The notes: generated by a model not told the origin, from the letters alone. Positions 9,461 to 17,840 are shown, counted from the stretch's first letter. The stretch is 31,753 bases of DNA from a virus (IMGVR_UViG_3300038336_000119:1-31753); one strand, 5' to 3'. Numbers and translations: made by a program.

Positions 9461-9569
9461 CGGCGATCTGGCCTTTCGGGTTTGCGGTTCCTGGCGGCAG
9501 CATCACCGCCGCCAGGCAGGCCCCCGGGCGGGAGCATCGGGGCCGGGGGGGAACCTTCGGCCCGTCGCG

Positions 9570-9929
9570 TCAGCTGCCACTGACGACGATCGTCAGGGCC
9601 GGGTCGGCCTCCAGCGCGAGGCGCTCGACCTCTGTCAGATCAGCGGCAGCGATCGTCACCGGATCGGGGCCGAACTCGCGCCCGGCGCGGCGGCGGCCGC
9701 GTTTGGGGCCGGTGATCGTCAACATCACCGCGCCCTTGCCGCGCAAAACCGCCTTGGGCGCAATTGGTGCCGCAACCGGCGCGGAAACGTCGCCGGAAAG
9801 GTTGCCGTCTTCTGCGGCCGCCGCCTTTCCGGCTGTCCCCGCCTGCTCGGAAGCAACGAGGTTGCCTGGGACCATTGCGGCCCCCTCGGTGTCGGTATTC
9901 GCCGGTGTGGTTTTCGGGGCTCGTGCCAT
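9570..9929 (-). CDS. Mu gp35 / HI1506-like protein
   Basis: Low-complexity N-terminus, GRRRAGREF and LEADPALTI motifs, directly after the capsid gene. Confidence 0.75.
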   Translation of the reverse strand: MARAPKTTPANTDTEGAAMVPGNLVASEQAGTAGKAAAAEDGNLSGDVSAPVAAPIAPKAVLRGKGAVMLTITGPKRGRRRAGREFGPDPVTIAAADLTEVERLALEADPALTIVVSGS

Positions 9930-9942
9930 CGCGTCTCTCCTC

Positions 9943-9992
9943 TCGGCTTATCGAAGGGGGCGGGCAGCACCCGCCCCCTCTGGATCAGCCGA
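9943..9992 (-). terminator. Long GC-rich hairpin directly after major capsid stop (mRNA stabiliser or attenuator)
   Basis: AGGGGGCGGG (9955-9964) pairs with CCCGCCCCCT (9970-9979), extended by TCGGCT/AGCCGA. No U-tract. Confidence 0.55.
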
Positions 9993-9995
9993 GCG

Positions 9996-10892
9996 TCAGG
10001 CGAGCCACGGCACGACCAGCAGTTCGGCGGTGCCCTTCCACTCGTTGGTCTCACCACCCGCGGCGTATTCCGAGTTCAAGAGCTTGCGCGCAGCACTTTC
10101 GAGCGCGGGCGGCACTACCAGCAGATTTGGCGTCAGCCCCATTGGCACGCCGTGATCGCCCTTGCGACCGTAGATCGCGGCGCGGGCGGTGGCGTAATGG
10201 GTCGCGTCGAGGGTCTGCTTGCTGCCCCAGGCCATCTGCCAGAAGCCGTAACCGACCGCGTAACGGGCATCGACGCCGTAAATGAACTGGCGGTTCATGA
10301 ACACGTTGCCGTCGGTTTCGCGGTCCATGTTCACGAAGTTCGGCGCCTTGCGGCTCTGGAAGATGATCGGCTTGATCACCTCGGAGGCCGCGAGCAGGAA
10401 CCACGGCGTGCCCGAGCCACCATCGGTGTTGGCCACCGAGTTGATCGTCACACCATCCTCATCGATCACCGGGTGATCGGTGTCGAAGAAATACTGCCCG
10501 TCGTAACATTCGGTGACAAAACCGTTCTTGAGCGCCTCGAACACCAGTTGCTCGGGGTGCCGCGCGGCGGTGCGACCGAGCATGTCGAAGCGCGTCGCAT
10601 ACTGGCCGAGCGTGTCGTCCTCGATGTCATTTCGATCGACGCCGACGGTCTTTTCCCAGCTCTCGTTCTTGATGCGGTAGTCGCTGGACTTCAGGTTGTC
10701 GATCGCGCGCGCCCCGAGCCATTTCTGCATCGAGCTGAGCTCGCCCAGCCAGCCGTAGATGTTTTCTCCGGCCGTCGAGGGGATCGTGGTGGCAACGCGG
10801 TCGCGCTGCGATTGCACCGCGCTGAATGCCCCCTGGAAGGAGGTCTTGAAGCCGACGCGCAGCGCGTCGAGGTTGGCGGAATTGATGATCAT
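9996..10892 (-). CDS. Major capsid protein (Mu gpT family)
   Basis: YGWLG, CYDGQYFFDTDHPV, KPIIFQ, YGVDARYAVGYGFWQMA and LVVPPALE motifs. Confidence 0.96.
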   Translation of the reverse strand: MIINSANLDALRVGFKTSFQGAFSAVQSQRDRVATTIPSTAGENIYGWLGELSSMQKWLGARAIDNLKSSDYRIKNESWEKTVGVDRNDIEDDTLGQYATRFDMLGRTAARHPEQLVFEALKNGFVTECYDGQYFFDTDHPVIDEDGVTINSVANTDGGSGTPWFLLAASEVIKPIIFQSRKAPNFVNMDRETDGNVFMNRQFIYGVDARYAVGYGFWQMAWGSKQTLDATHYATARAAIYGRKGDHGVPMGLTPNLLVVPPALESAARKLLNSEYAAGGETNEWKGTAELLVVPWLA

Positions 10893-10906
10893 GTCCTGGT
10901 TTCCTC

Positions 10907-11338
10907 TCAGGCGTTGCGGGTCATGGCTGCGTCAAAGCGCACCCAGACGCCAAGATCGTCGACCATCTCGACGAAACCGGCTTTGGAACGGGTGTTGGTG
11001 CCCGAGGTCTTGGCTACGGTCTGGTCGTCGACCACGTAGCAAAGCGCGCCGATATCAGCGGCGGTGATCGCGTCCGTGGAGGCCGAGTTGGCATAGCGGT
11101 AGGTGCCGGGCCGGAAGCGCGCCTGGATGTCGCCCGCCGCACCTGCCGAATTGTCGAACTGCGCTTCGGCGCGCCCCGCGCCGATCGAGCCGGTGGCGGT
11201 GGCGCCAGGGGTCAGGAACCCGGCGGCGTCGCGCATCACAATCGCGCCCGCGTAGATCTTGACGGCGGCGGCCACCGCGCCTTCGCGCAGATCGCCCATC
11301 GCCATCAGGGTGTTACGGTCAGAAGTCAGTGCAGTCAT
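10907..11338 (-). CDS. Capsid decoration/cement-like protein
   Basis: 143 aa, MTALTSDRNT...DIGALCYVVDDQTVAKT...GVWV, between protease and capsid genes. Confidence 0.78.
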   Translation of the reverse strand: MTALTSDRNTLMAMGDLREGAVAAAVKIYAGAIVMRDAAGFLTPGATATGSIGAGRAEAQFDNSAGAAGDIQARFRPGTYRYANSASTDAITAADIGALCYVVDDQTVAKTSGTNTRSKAGFVEMVDDLGVWVRFDAAMTRNA

Positions 11339-11931
11339 CAGAGGGACTCCTCATGGGCGCGCTCGGCCTTGAGCGTCGCGGCGTAAGATTTGGGGTCGAG
11401 GCCGAGCACCTTTGCGGCGCTGAGTTGCTCGGCGTTCAGCGCGACTTCGCCAGTGGGGGTGGGCGGCGCGGCGGTAATGGCGCCGCTGCGGCCCAGGACC
11501 GGCAGCGCGCCGATTTCCTTTTCGACGCGACCGGCATCCGCCATATGCATGGCGATGTAGTGCTCGCGCAGCGGCTTGACGCCGACGCGACCCAACTGGA
11601 TCGCCCCATCAACAAATGCAGTGGCCTTTTCGCGCGCGACACTGTCGGTCAGCGTGTTGAGGCGCGTGGTGACCGTGGTCAACTCGGCCTGCAGCGCCAC
11701 AATTTGCGGCGCATCGGTCGGTTTTTGCGCCGCCTTGCGCGCCGCTTCCAGCACCACGGTGCCGTCGCCGGTGACGCCAAACACCTGGCCGATCTCGGCC
11801 AGCTGCGCCTGCAGCGCAACGGCGGGTGCCGCCGCATCCTTCGTCTCCTTGACGGCATTGACCACCGCGTCTTCGGTTGCGGCCGCGTCGAGGCCGAGCG
11901 TCTCGGCCAGTCGTTCGAGCAGGGGTTTCAC
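11338..11931 (-). CDS. Scaffold protein (Mu gpZ-equivalent) from in-frame internal start
   Basis: AGGAG then AGCGAT then GTG at 11931, right after the protease domain (ALNQESD|VKPL). Mu I/Z precedent. Confidence 0.7.
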   Translation of the reverse strand: MKPLLERLAETLGLDAAATEDAVVNAVKETKDAAAPAVALQAQLAEIGQVFGVTGDGTVVLEAARKAAQKPTDAPQIVALQAELTTVTTRLNTLTDSVAREKATAFVDGAIQLGRVGVKPLREHYIAMHMADAGRVEKEIGALPVLGRSGAITAAPPTPTGEVALNAEQLSAAKVLGLDPKSYAATLKAERAHEESL

Positions 11932-12408
11932 ATCGCTCTCCTGGTTGAGCGCGGCAAGTCCGCGCAGATTGGGTCTGTTCACGAGGCTGGCGCGCAGGAC
12001 GCGCATGATCCGCTTGGCGGTATCGTGCAGCACCACCGGCGAGATCGCCCGGTAGGCACGGTCGGCGACCAGTGCGCGCCCCGCCTCGGTCCATTCCACT
12101 CGGCCCCAGATGCCATCGGCGCGGGCCTGCATCTCGACAATCCAGCCGCGGGCGGGCGAAGGTTGCCCAAGCGGCGCGGCCAGGTCGGTGGCGTGGTTCT
12201 CGTCGATCGGCAGCCGGTCGGCTTCGGCGAAAGACGCGGCGATCAGTTCGGCAGGATCGGTCACATGATAGGGGCCTCGCGCATCGGCGGTGCTGATCTG
12301 GCCCCCGCCACCTGGCAACAGATGCACCCAGTCCGGCACCGCTGGTGCAGCGGCGGTTTCCTGGGCGGCCATAAGGACCGGGGTGAGGGCGAGATGCTTG
12401 TTGATCAT
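11338..12408 (-). CDS. Prohead protease/scaffold (Mu gpI family)
   Basis: DARGP, PIDENH, ARGWI, VEWT, YRAISPV and SLVNRPNL motifs. Start placed at ATG 12408 because ATG 12420 lies inside the predicted -10 box. Confidence 0.93.
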   Translation of the reverse strand: MINKHLALTPVLMAAQETAAAPAVPDWVHLLPGGGGQISTADARGPYHVTDPAELIAASFAEADRLPIDENHATDLAAPLGQPSPARGWIVEMQARADGIWGRVEWTEAGRALVADRAYRAISPVVLHDTAKRIMRVLRASLVNRPNLRGLAALNQESDVKPLLERLAETLGLDAAATEDAVVNAVKETKDAAAPAVALQAQLAEIGQVFGVTGDGTVVLEAARKAAQKPTDAPQIVALQAELTTVTTRLNTLTDSVAREKATAFVDGAIQLGRVGVKPLREHYIAMHMADAGRVEKEIGALPVLGRSGAITAAPPTPTGEVALNAEQLSAAKVLGLDPKSYAATLKAERAHEESL

Positions 12409-12415
12409 GACGGCG

Positions 12416-12461
12416 ATCATCGCCGCCGGGGCCTGCGCGTTACATCCGCAACGGTGTGCGG
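12416..12461 (-). promoter_or_regulatory. Late promoter (PI-equivalent): CCGCA-N6-TGCGG, 24 nt, GATGAT -10
   Basis: Same motif and spacing as 20559-20604. Confidence 0.78.
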
Positions 12462-12512
12462 AGACGCGCCAGATCGAGCCTACTCAATGCTGCACCCGCC
12501 CGCTTGTGCCGG

Positions 12513-13016
12513 TCAAGCCCCGTCGCCACTGGTCGCAATTCGGGCAAGCCACTCGTTCACGGTTGCGATGATATTGGCGCGGTCGGTTTCGGAAAGCCCG
12601 ATGAAGGGACGCGCCGGAATCGCGCCCCAGGGGATTGGCCGACCGGAGGCATCTGCGCCGAATGCCCCCTTTGCCGCGCCGAACTGCATGACCGCAGCGT
12701 AGATCGCGCCTGAGCCGACCTCGACGAAATCCGCGCCCGCGCGATAGTCGATCGTCGAATGCAGTCGCCCGCTCGGCCCGAACAGCGGCCGGAAATCGAC
12801 CCTGTCGCCACGGCGGGCATACGCGTCGATCGTGGTTTCCGACTTTGGTGCCCAGGCGCCGCCATCGGGCGTCACGCCCTGGTCAAACCGCTGGCCGGTC
12901 TCATAGACCAGCTGCTCGCCGATTTCCTGCATCACCGGCGTCAGGTCCGCCATCGCGGCGCCCAGCCGATTGAGGATCGCGCTGACCTCGGCATCCTTGA
13001 GTTCGATGGTGATCAT
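12513..13016 (-). CDS. Virion morphogenesis / tail completion protein (Mu gpG family)
   Basis: RFDQGVTPDGGAWAP, YAAVMQFG and IPARPFIGLS motifs. Confidence 0.92.
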   Translation of the reverse strand: MITIELKDAEVSAILNRLGAAMADLTPVMQEIGEQLVYETGQRFDQGVTPDGGAWAPKSETTIDAYARRGDRVDFRPLFGPSGRLHSTIDYRAGADFVEVGSGAIYAAVMQFGAAKGAFGADASGRPIPWGAIPARPFIGLSETDRANIIATVNEWLARIATSGDGA

Positions 13017-13032
13017 GGCTATATTCCTTGAA

Positions 13033-13123
13033 CGGGTGGCGACCCTGGAAACCCGGAGTCCAGGATGCCGGTCGGGTTACCGATCGCTAGCACATGAGGG
13101 GACGTCCGGCCCTCCGTCACCCG
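13033..13123 (-). ncRNA. Candidate structured RNA: four-way cloverleaf with kissing loops
   Basis: Hand-folded stems P1-P4, and loop CCGGA complementary to loop UCCGG (see findings). Confidence 0.6.
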
Positions 13124-14346
13124 ATTTTCCCGAGCAGCAGTTGCAGCATGTCGGCCGCCAGACGGTTCCTGAGGGCACCAAGCTCGGGACGATATGCCGA
13201 AATGACCAGATTGATCAGACCTTTCGTCGGCTTTTTCACGAAGTAGTCCAGCGAGACGGCTACCTGGGCACCTCGGTCTGGCGCGCCCAGCAACAAGATC
13301 AGCTTGCCAGTCCTGTTATCGATCATCGCGGCACGCGGTTGGCGCAACAGCGCGGGTAGCCTGACCCACTGCTCCGAGGTGAGGGCGTCGCCAGCAAACT
13401 CGTGCCTCAAAGCCTTCGGGCCTACCAGCAGCCCTGGCTTGACCATGATCTCGGCCGAGACCGGCGCTCGACCCCCTGCAGCGAGCGCCTCGATCAGATC
13501 ATGGCCCAGCACACCCGCCAGCCCCGGTTCGTGCGATCCGCGCGCCTCGATGTCGGCAACCCACATCGGCCAAGAGCGGTCGATGATGTCAGCCATCCCG
13601 GTCCCGAGGTCAGATCCAATCCGGGCCGGAAGTGTCGCAATCTTCTGGGCACCGAGTGCCACCGTCTCAGCCACGCTCGCGCCTGGGGCATAGGCCCAGC
13701 CCTTGCCGATGCCGACCGGCGCGCCGGTCTTCGGATCAATCTGGTTCCAGTTGTCGGGCAGTTCCTTGCCGGGCTTGCCGCCGACGCGCCGGGCGCTGTC
13801 TTTGGAACGCGCACCGAACACCTTGCAACCGCAGCCCCAGCCGTTGGGCGGAAAATGCGCCGCCCAGAACGGGTGGTCCGCCTCGAGCACCACCCCATCC
13901 CACGAAAGATGGTCTAGCCGGGGGTGCGCGGCACCGCTGTGCTTGTAGACCCAGAATGCAAACCCGCCCGCCACCAGCTGGGCATGCCGCCCCGCCGCGT
14001 AGGAGGTCGCCATGTTGGTGCGATAGATCACCCGCGTGCGCCAGGCCTCGCCCTTCGCGGTGCCCTCGCCGGTCCAGCCGTGCCAGCCGTGTTTCTCGAC
14101 GATCCCGCGAAAATCCTGCCGGAAGCTCTCGAGGCTGGTGCCCTCGGCAATCGCCCGATCGACCGCCAGCCCGAGGTCGGCCAGCAGGTCGGCTTTCATC
14201 GCCCCCGCCACCATGAAGGCGCGGTCGTGCTCGCCCTGCCAGAGATCGTCCCAGCGCGCGGTGGACGCCAGCGTGCCGAGCCGCAGCCGAAAGGCCGCAA
14301 GTTGCTCGGCAAACGGGCGACGAAAACCGGCAGCGAGGTCAGGCAC
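13117..14346 (-). CDS. MuF (gp30) head morphogenesis protein with C-terminal extension (putative PBECR-type nuclease)
   Basis: AFMVAGA, IYRTN...YAAGR and HPFW..HFPPNGWGCGC MuF motifs, then ~155 extra aa. GTG start at 14346 overlaps the portal end. Confidence 0.9.
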   Translation of the reverse strand: MPDLAAGFRRPFAEQLAAFRLRLGTLASTARWDDLWQGEHDRAFMVAGAMKADLLADLGLAVDRAIAEGTSLESFRQDFRGIVEKHGWHGWTGEGTAKGEAWRTRVIYRTNMATSYAAGRHAQLVAGGFAFWVYKHSGAAHPRLDHLSWDGVVLEADHPFWAAHFPPNGWGCGCKVFGARSKDSARRVGGKPGKELPDNWNQIDPKTGAPVGIGKGWAYAPGASVAETVALGAQKIATLPARIGSDLGTGMADIIDRSWPMWVADIEARGSHEPGLAGVLGHDLIEALAAGGRAPVSAEIMVKPGLLVGPKALRHEFAGDALTSEQWVRLPALLRQPRAAMIDNRTGKLILLLGAPDRGAQVAVSLDYFVKKPTKGLINLVISAYRPELGALRNRLAADMLQLLLGKIG

Positions 14347-15982
14347 GGTCCTGCTCCACCGCAATCCGCCCGGCCGCCTGCGCAAGGATCATCCCCTCCG
14401 CCAGGCGATCAGCGAGGGCGGTCGCATCAAGCGCGGGAAACCCGGCACGCAGCATCTCGGCGAACTCCTCGAGCGAGCCCGCGGCCGCCAGCATCGCCTC
14501 GATCTTGCCGAGCATCGCCACCATCGCGGGCGCCGCTTCTTCGGCCAGTTGATCGGCGAGTTCCGCTTCCGCTGAAGGAGGCTCAGCGAAGGCCGCTGAG
14601 CCCCCTTCAGCGTTGAGCGCTGTCGTTACCCCCGAAAGGGCGTCACCCCGTTTAATTTCGCCTGAAACCCGTTTAATCTCCCGATCCGGCCCCGCAGGCT
14701 CGGTCGCAGGCGGCGCGGGTGGCGCATCAGGCGCCTTTTGCCCCAAAATCTCGTCGTCAGGTGCGGGCTCCGAGAGCTTCAGGCGGTCGCGCACCTCGCT
14801 TGCCCCGACCCGCATACCGAGGGGCACCAGGATGCCAAGCGCCTCGACGAGCCCCTTGATGTCTTCGACCTCAGGTCGGGCGATCACCAGGCGCGGGTAG
14901 CGCTGCTGTGGCCCGAACTCGAGATCGATCCAGGGCCGGATCAGATCGCGGTTGAGAATGGCCGACAGCGCCTTGGCATCGGCGCGTTCAATGTCCTCCT
15001 GCACCTCGCGGTGTTCCTGGCCGACCGCGTGGCCTCCGGCGATCGCGTCGGTGGTGGCGGTCTGACCGAGCACCGCTTTCGAGATCTGCTGGTCAAGCCA
15101 GTCAGCGCGCTCGCGGTAGAGCGTCGAACTGGCGCCCACGGTCTTCGATTCGATGAAGTCGATCGCCATCGCCTCGGGGATGATCGCAGCGCAGTCACCC
15201 GCAATCTGGCTGACCGCGCGGAAGAGCGTGTCCTTGTCGGCTTCCGAAGCCCCTGCCCCGTATTTACCGACGCGCAGCGGCTGGCCGAAGGTTTGGGTAA
15301 AGATCGCCCAGTCGCGTTGGGTGAACGCCTTGAACATCCAGCCCCAGGCGGCAACGCGGGCGAGCCCCGAGCGTAGGGCGAGACCCGACTTTGCCTTGAG
15401 CGTGGCGAAGACGAACTTGAACGGATCGAGCGGGCGTTCCTGCCCGCTGTCGTCAAGCATCACCGGTGTCGCCAGATCGCGGCGCTCGAAGCGGAACCAG
15501 CGCGGATCGCGCCATTCCAACCGCGTTGGTCGCCACTGGCCTTCGCTGGTGTCCCAGATGATCTCGGTAAACGAGTAGCCCTTGCCAATGCAGTCGAGGA
15601 TGTCGAAAAGCTCGTCGTTGAGCTCGTCGCGCGTCAGCCATTCGCGCACCATATCGGCCTTGGCCACGTCGGCTGGATCATCGCTTGCCGCCTCGACCGA
15701 AATGTCGATCTGGCTGACCGAGCGTTTGCGGGTGCCGAGTACGCCGAGGTAGTGCGGGTCGCGCTCTTCGATCGTTTCCGCCAGTTCCAGATAGCGCAGC
15801 GGATCGCCCTGGTCGGCCTCGCGCAGGATATGCGCCAGCCGCACCGGGTTCAGCCCGTCCGCCGGATAGCCGGAAATCGGCGAGCGTACGCCGCCGACTG
15901 TCGCTGCGGCGACTTCCTCCTGCAGCACCGAGCGCACGATCGGGCGGCCCCAACGATCAAGCAGGGTCGGGTTGCGGGCCAT
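14339..15982 (-). CDS. Portal protein (Mu gp29 / DUF935)
   Basis: EERDPH, FGQPLRVGKY and QISKAVLGQT motifs. TAATG overlap with the terminase stop. Confidence 0.95.
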   Translation of the reverse strand: MARNPTLLDRWGRPIVRSVLQEEVAAATVGGVRSPISGYPADGLNPVRLAHILREADQGDPLRYLELAETIEERDPHYLGVLGTRKRSVSQIDISVEAASDDPADVAKADMVREWLTRDELNDELFDILDCIGKGYSFTEIIWDTSEGQWRPTRLEWRDPRWFRFERRDLATPVMLDDSGQERPLDPFKFVFATLKAKSGLALRSGLARVAAWGWMFKAFTQRDWAIFTQTFGQPLRVGKYGAGASEADKDTLFRAVSQIAGDCAAIIPEAMAIDFIESKTVGASSTLYRERADWLDQQISKAVLGQTATTDAIAGGHAVGQEHREVQEDIERADAKALSAILNRDLIRPWIDLEFGPQQRYPRLVIARPEVEDIKGLVEALGILVPLGMRVGASEVRDRLKLSEPAPDDEILGQKAPDAPPAPPATEPAGPDREIKRVSGEIKRGDALSGVTTALNAEGGSAAFAEPPSAEAELADQLAEEAAPAMVAMLGKIEAMLAAAGSLEEFAEMLRAGFPALDATALADRLAEGMILAQAAGRIAVEQDRA

Positions 15983-17649
15983 TACATGCCTCCTCTCAGG
16001 CGGGCGCCGAGCGGTGGGCGCCACCAGTGGTCATCGTGGCGCGCGTCATCCGCATCGGCGTTGGTGTTTCCTGATCCGGCCGCGGGCGAGGCGGCGCGGT
16101 AGCCGTATTCGACCCAGCGCATCCGGCTTGCAAAATGCGCCAGTGCCAGAGCGATGGCGTAGTCGCCGTGGCGGCGCTTGCCCTTCTCGCCCTCGCGGGT
16201 CACCGGCACGCGGGCGATACCGCGGATCACCTTGATCACGCGCAGATCCGACAGGTGCTCGGCGTCGGCGCCGATGGCGATCATATCGTCCTCGAACGCG
16301 GCCTTCAGCGGCGGCATGTGCAAGCGGTACCATTCTTCAGTGAACTTCACCGCCATGATCGCGCCCGAGCCTTCCGGGTCCGTGCGCAGGCCAAAGCGGC
16401 GGCCCATGTCTTCGGCCAGTGTCCAGCCCATGCCGGTGGCATCGAACGCGGCCCCTACCAGACGGGTGCGCACGTGTTCGAGCACCGATCCGACGATCAT
16501 CTTCTGCTCGTCGCCGGGCACGTTGCGCATTTCGATCGACAGCGCCTCGCGCCGTTTAAGGCGCTGTTCAATGGCCAGTAACGACAGCGTTGAAAGGTCA
16601 GCGACGCGGCCAAAGTCGAAGCCCGCCGCGTATTGCGCGGTCAGATTGAGTGCCGCGACCGCATCCGCCAGATCCTTGATGAACGGGGCAAGCAGCACCG
16701 CCTGGTCGAGCTTCGAGCGGTAGAGATAGTCGCCCGGCAGCTCGAGCCGAAGCACCGGCGCCGCGGCGGTCATCCGCGCCTCGATCAGCGGCGCGGGCAG
16801 CCAGGCGCCCGAGCTCATCGAGGGGATGCAGAACAGCTCCTCGTCAGCCCCGTCGCCGTAAAAGTCGATGATCTCCTGCCGCCACCTGGCCTCTACCTCG
16901 GGCGACCAGTCCTTGCCGGTCACGAGGCAGATGCGCTGATAAAGCCCGTCGCGCAGCGCGTCGTCGAAATCGATGCGGATGTGCTTGTGCGGCGCCCGGC
17001 CCGCCAGGATGTCCTGAACCGTCTGGTTGAACGGGTTGTCGGCGCCGTTGTGGGTCGAACAGACGACGACCTGGCCGCCCCACATCAGGAACGCCAGCGC
17101 CGCCTTCAGAAGCTCTGCCAGACTGTCGACGAAGGCCGCCTCATCGATGATCACTACGCCCTGCTTGCCTCGCAACCCGCGCGGGGCGGAGGACAGCGCG
17201 AGGATCTCGAAGCCTGAGGCAAAACGGATGCGGAATGCCTGGATGTGCTTGGTGTCACTCGGGTCGGCCGGGTTCGCGTCCTCGAACAGCAGCTCATCGG
17301 CAGCCATCGCGGCCGTGCTGAATGCGCGGGCCCACATCGCACAGGCGTCGATGAACTCGCGCGTCATCTCCTGGCTGTAGGAGATGTACATCGCATCCAT
17401 GCCACCGGCCGATTTCTCGCGCCCAGCGCGCAGCACCGCAAAGGCCGCGAGCCCCCAGGTCAGGCCAACACGGCGGCTCTTTTCGACAAAGAGCACGCGG
17501 CAGGCGGTCGATTCGAGCAGGCTGACGGTGCGCGCCTGATAGGGCAACAGCACCTTTGGCAGCCCGACCTCGGCAATCACGCTGGACATCGCCTCGGTCG
17601 CGGCGCGGCGCTGGCGCTCCCATTCGGCGGCGGAAATCGGCGCGGTCAT
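15982..17649 (-). CDS. Terminase large subunit (Mu gp28-like)
   Basis: LLPYQ, EKSRRVGLTW (Walker A), VIIDEAAF (Walker B), nuclease motifs GFDFGR and HGDYAIA. Confidence 0.95.
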   Translation of the reverse strand: MTAPISAAEWERQRRAATEAMSSVIAEVGLPKVLLPYQARTVSLLESTACRVLFVEKSRRVGLTWGLAAFAVLRAGREKSAGGMDAMYISYSQEMTREFIDACAMWARAFSTAAMAADELLFEDANPADPSDTKHIQAFRIRFASGFEILALSSAPRGLRGKQGVVIIDEAAFVDSLAELLKAALAFLMWGGQVVVCSTHNGADNPFNQTVQDILAGRAPHKHIRIDFDDALRDGLYQRICLVTGKDWSPEVEARWRQEIIDFYGDGADEELFCIPSMSSGAWLPAPLIEARMTAAAPVLRLELPGDYLYRSKLDQAVLLAPFIKDLADAVAALNLTAQYAAGFDFGRVADLSTLSLLAIEQRLKRREALSIEMRNVPGDEQKMIVGSVLEHVRTRLVGAAFDATGMGWTLAEDMGRRFGLRTDPEGSGAIMAVKFTEEWYRLHMPPLKAAFEDDMIAIGADAEHLSDLRVIKVIRGIARVPVTREGEKGKRRHGDYAIALALAHFASRMRWVEYGYRAASPAAGSGNTNADADDARHDDHWWRPPLGARLRGGM

Positions 17650-17840
17650 CCCGCCACCCCGCCCTTGAGCAGCTCCAAAGCCGCTATCGCGAACCACAGC
17701 AACCCCAGCAGGAACAGAAAACCGCCGACCATCCTTCCGCCCTCGTCGCCCGGTGACAGCCCGGCATTTACGTTGATCGCAAGACCTAACAGCGCGACAA
17801 GCGGGCCGATGACGGCCATGAGGATCGCCTCGCCCATCAC
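17646..17840 (-). CDS. Small two-TM membrane protein
   Basis: 64 aa with two hydrophobic segments. GTGA and ATGA overlaps with both neighbours. Confidence 0.65.
   Translation of the reverse strand: MMGEAILMAVIGPLVALLGLAINVNAGLSPGDEGGRMVGGFLFLLGLLWFAIAALELLKGGVAG

Noticed and set aside
13033-13123. Canonical tRNA gene
   Set aside because: Cloverleaf-like but lacks the TTC T-loop, a 7-nt anticodon loop and CCA. Kept only as a candidate ncRNA.
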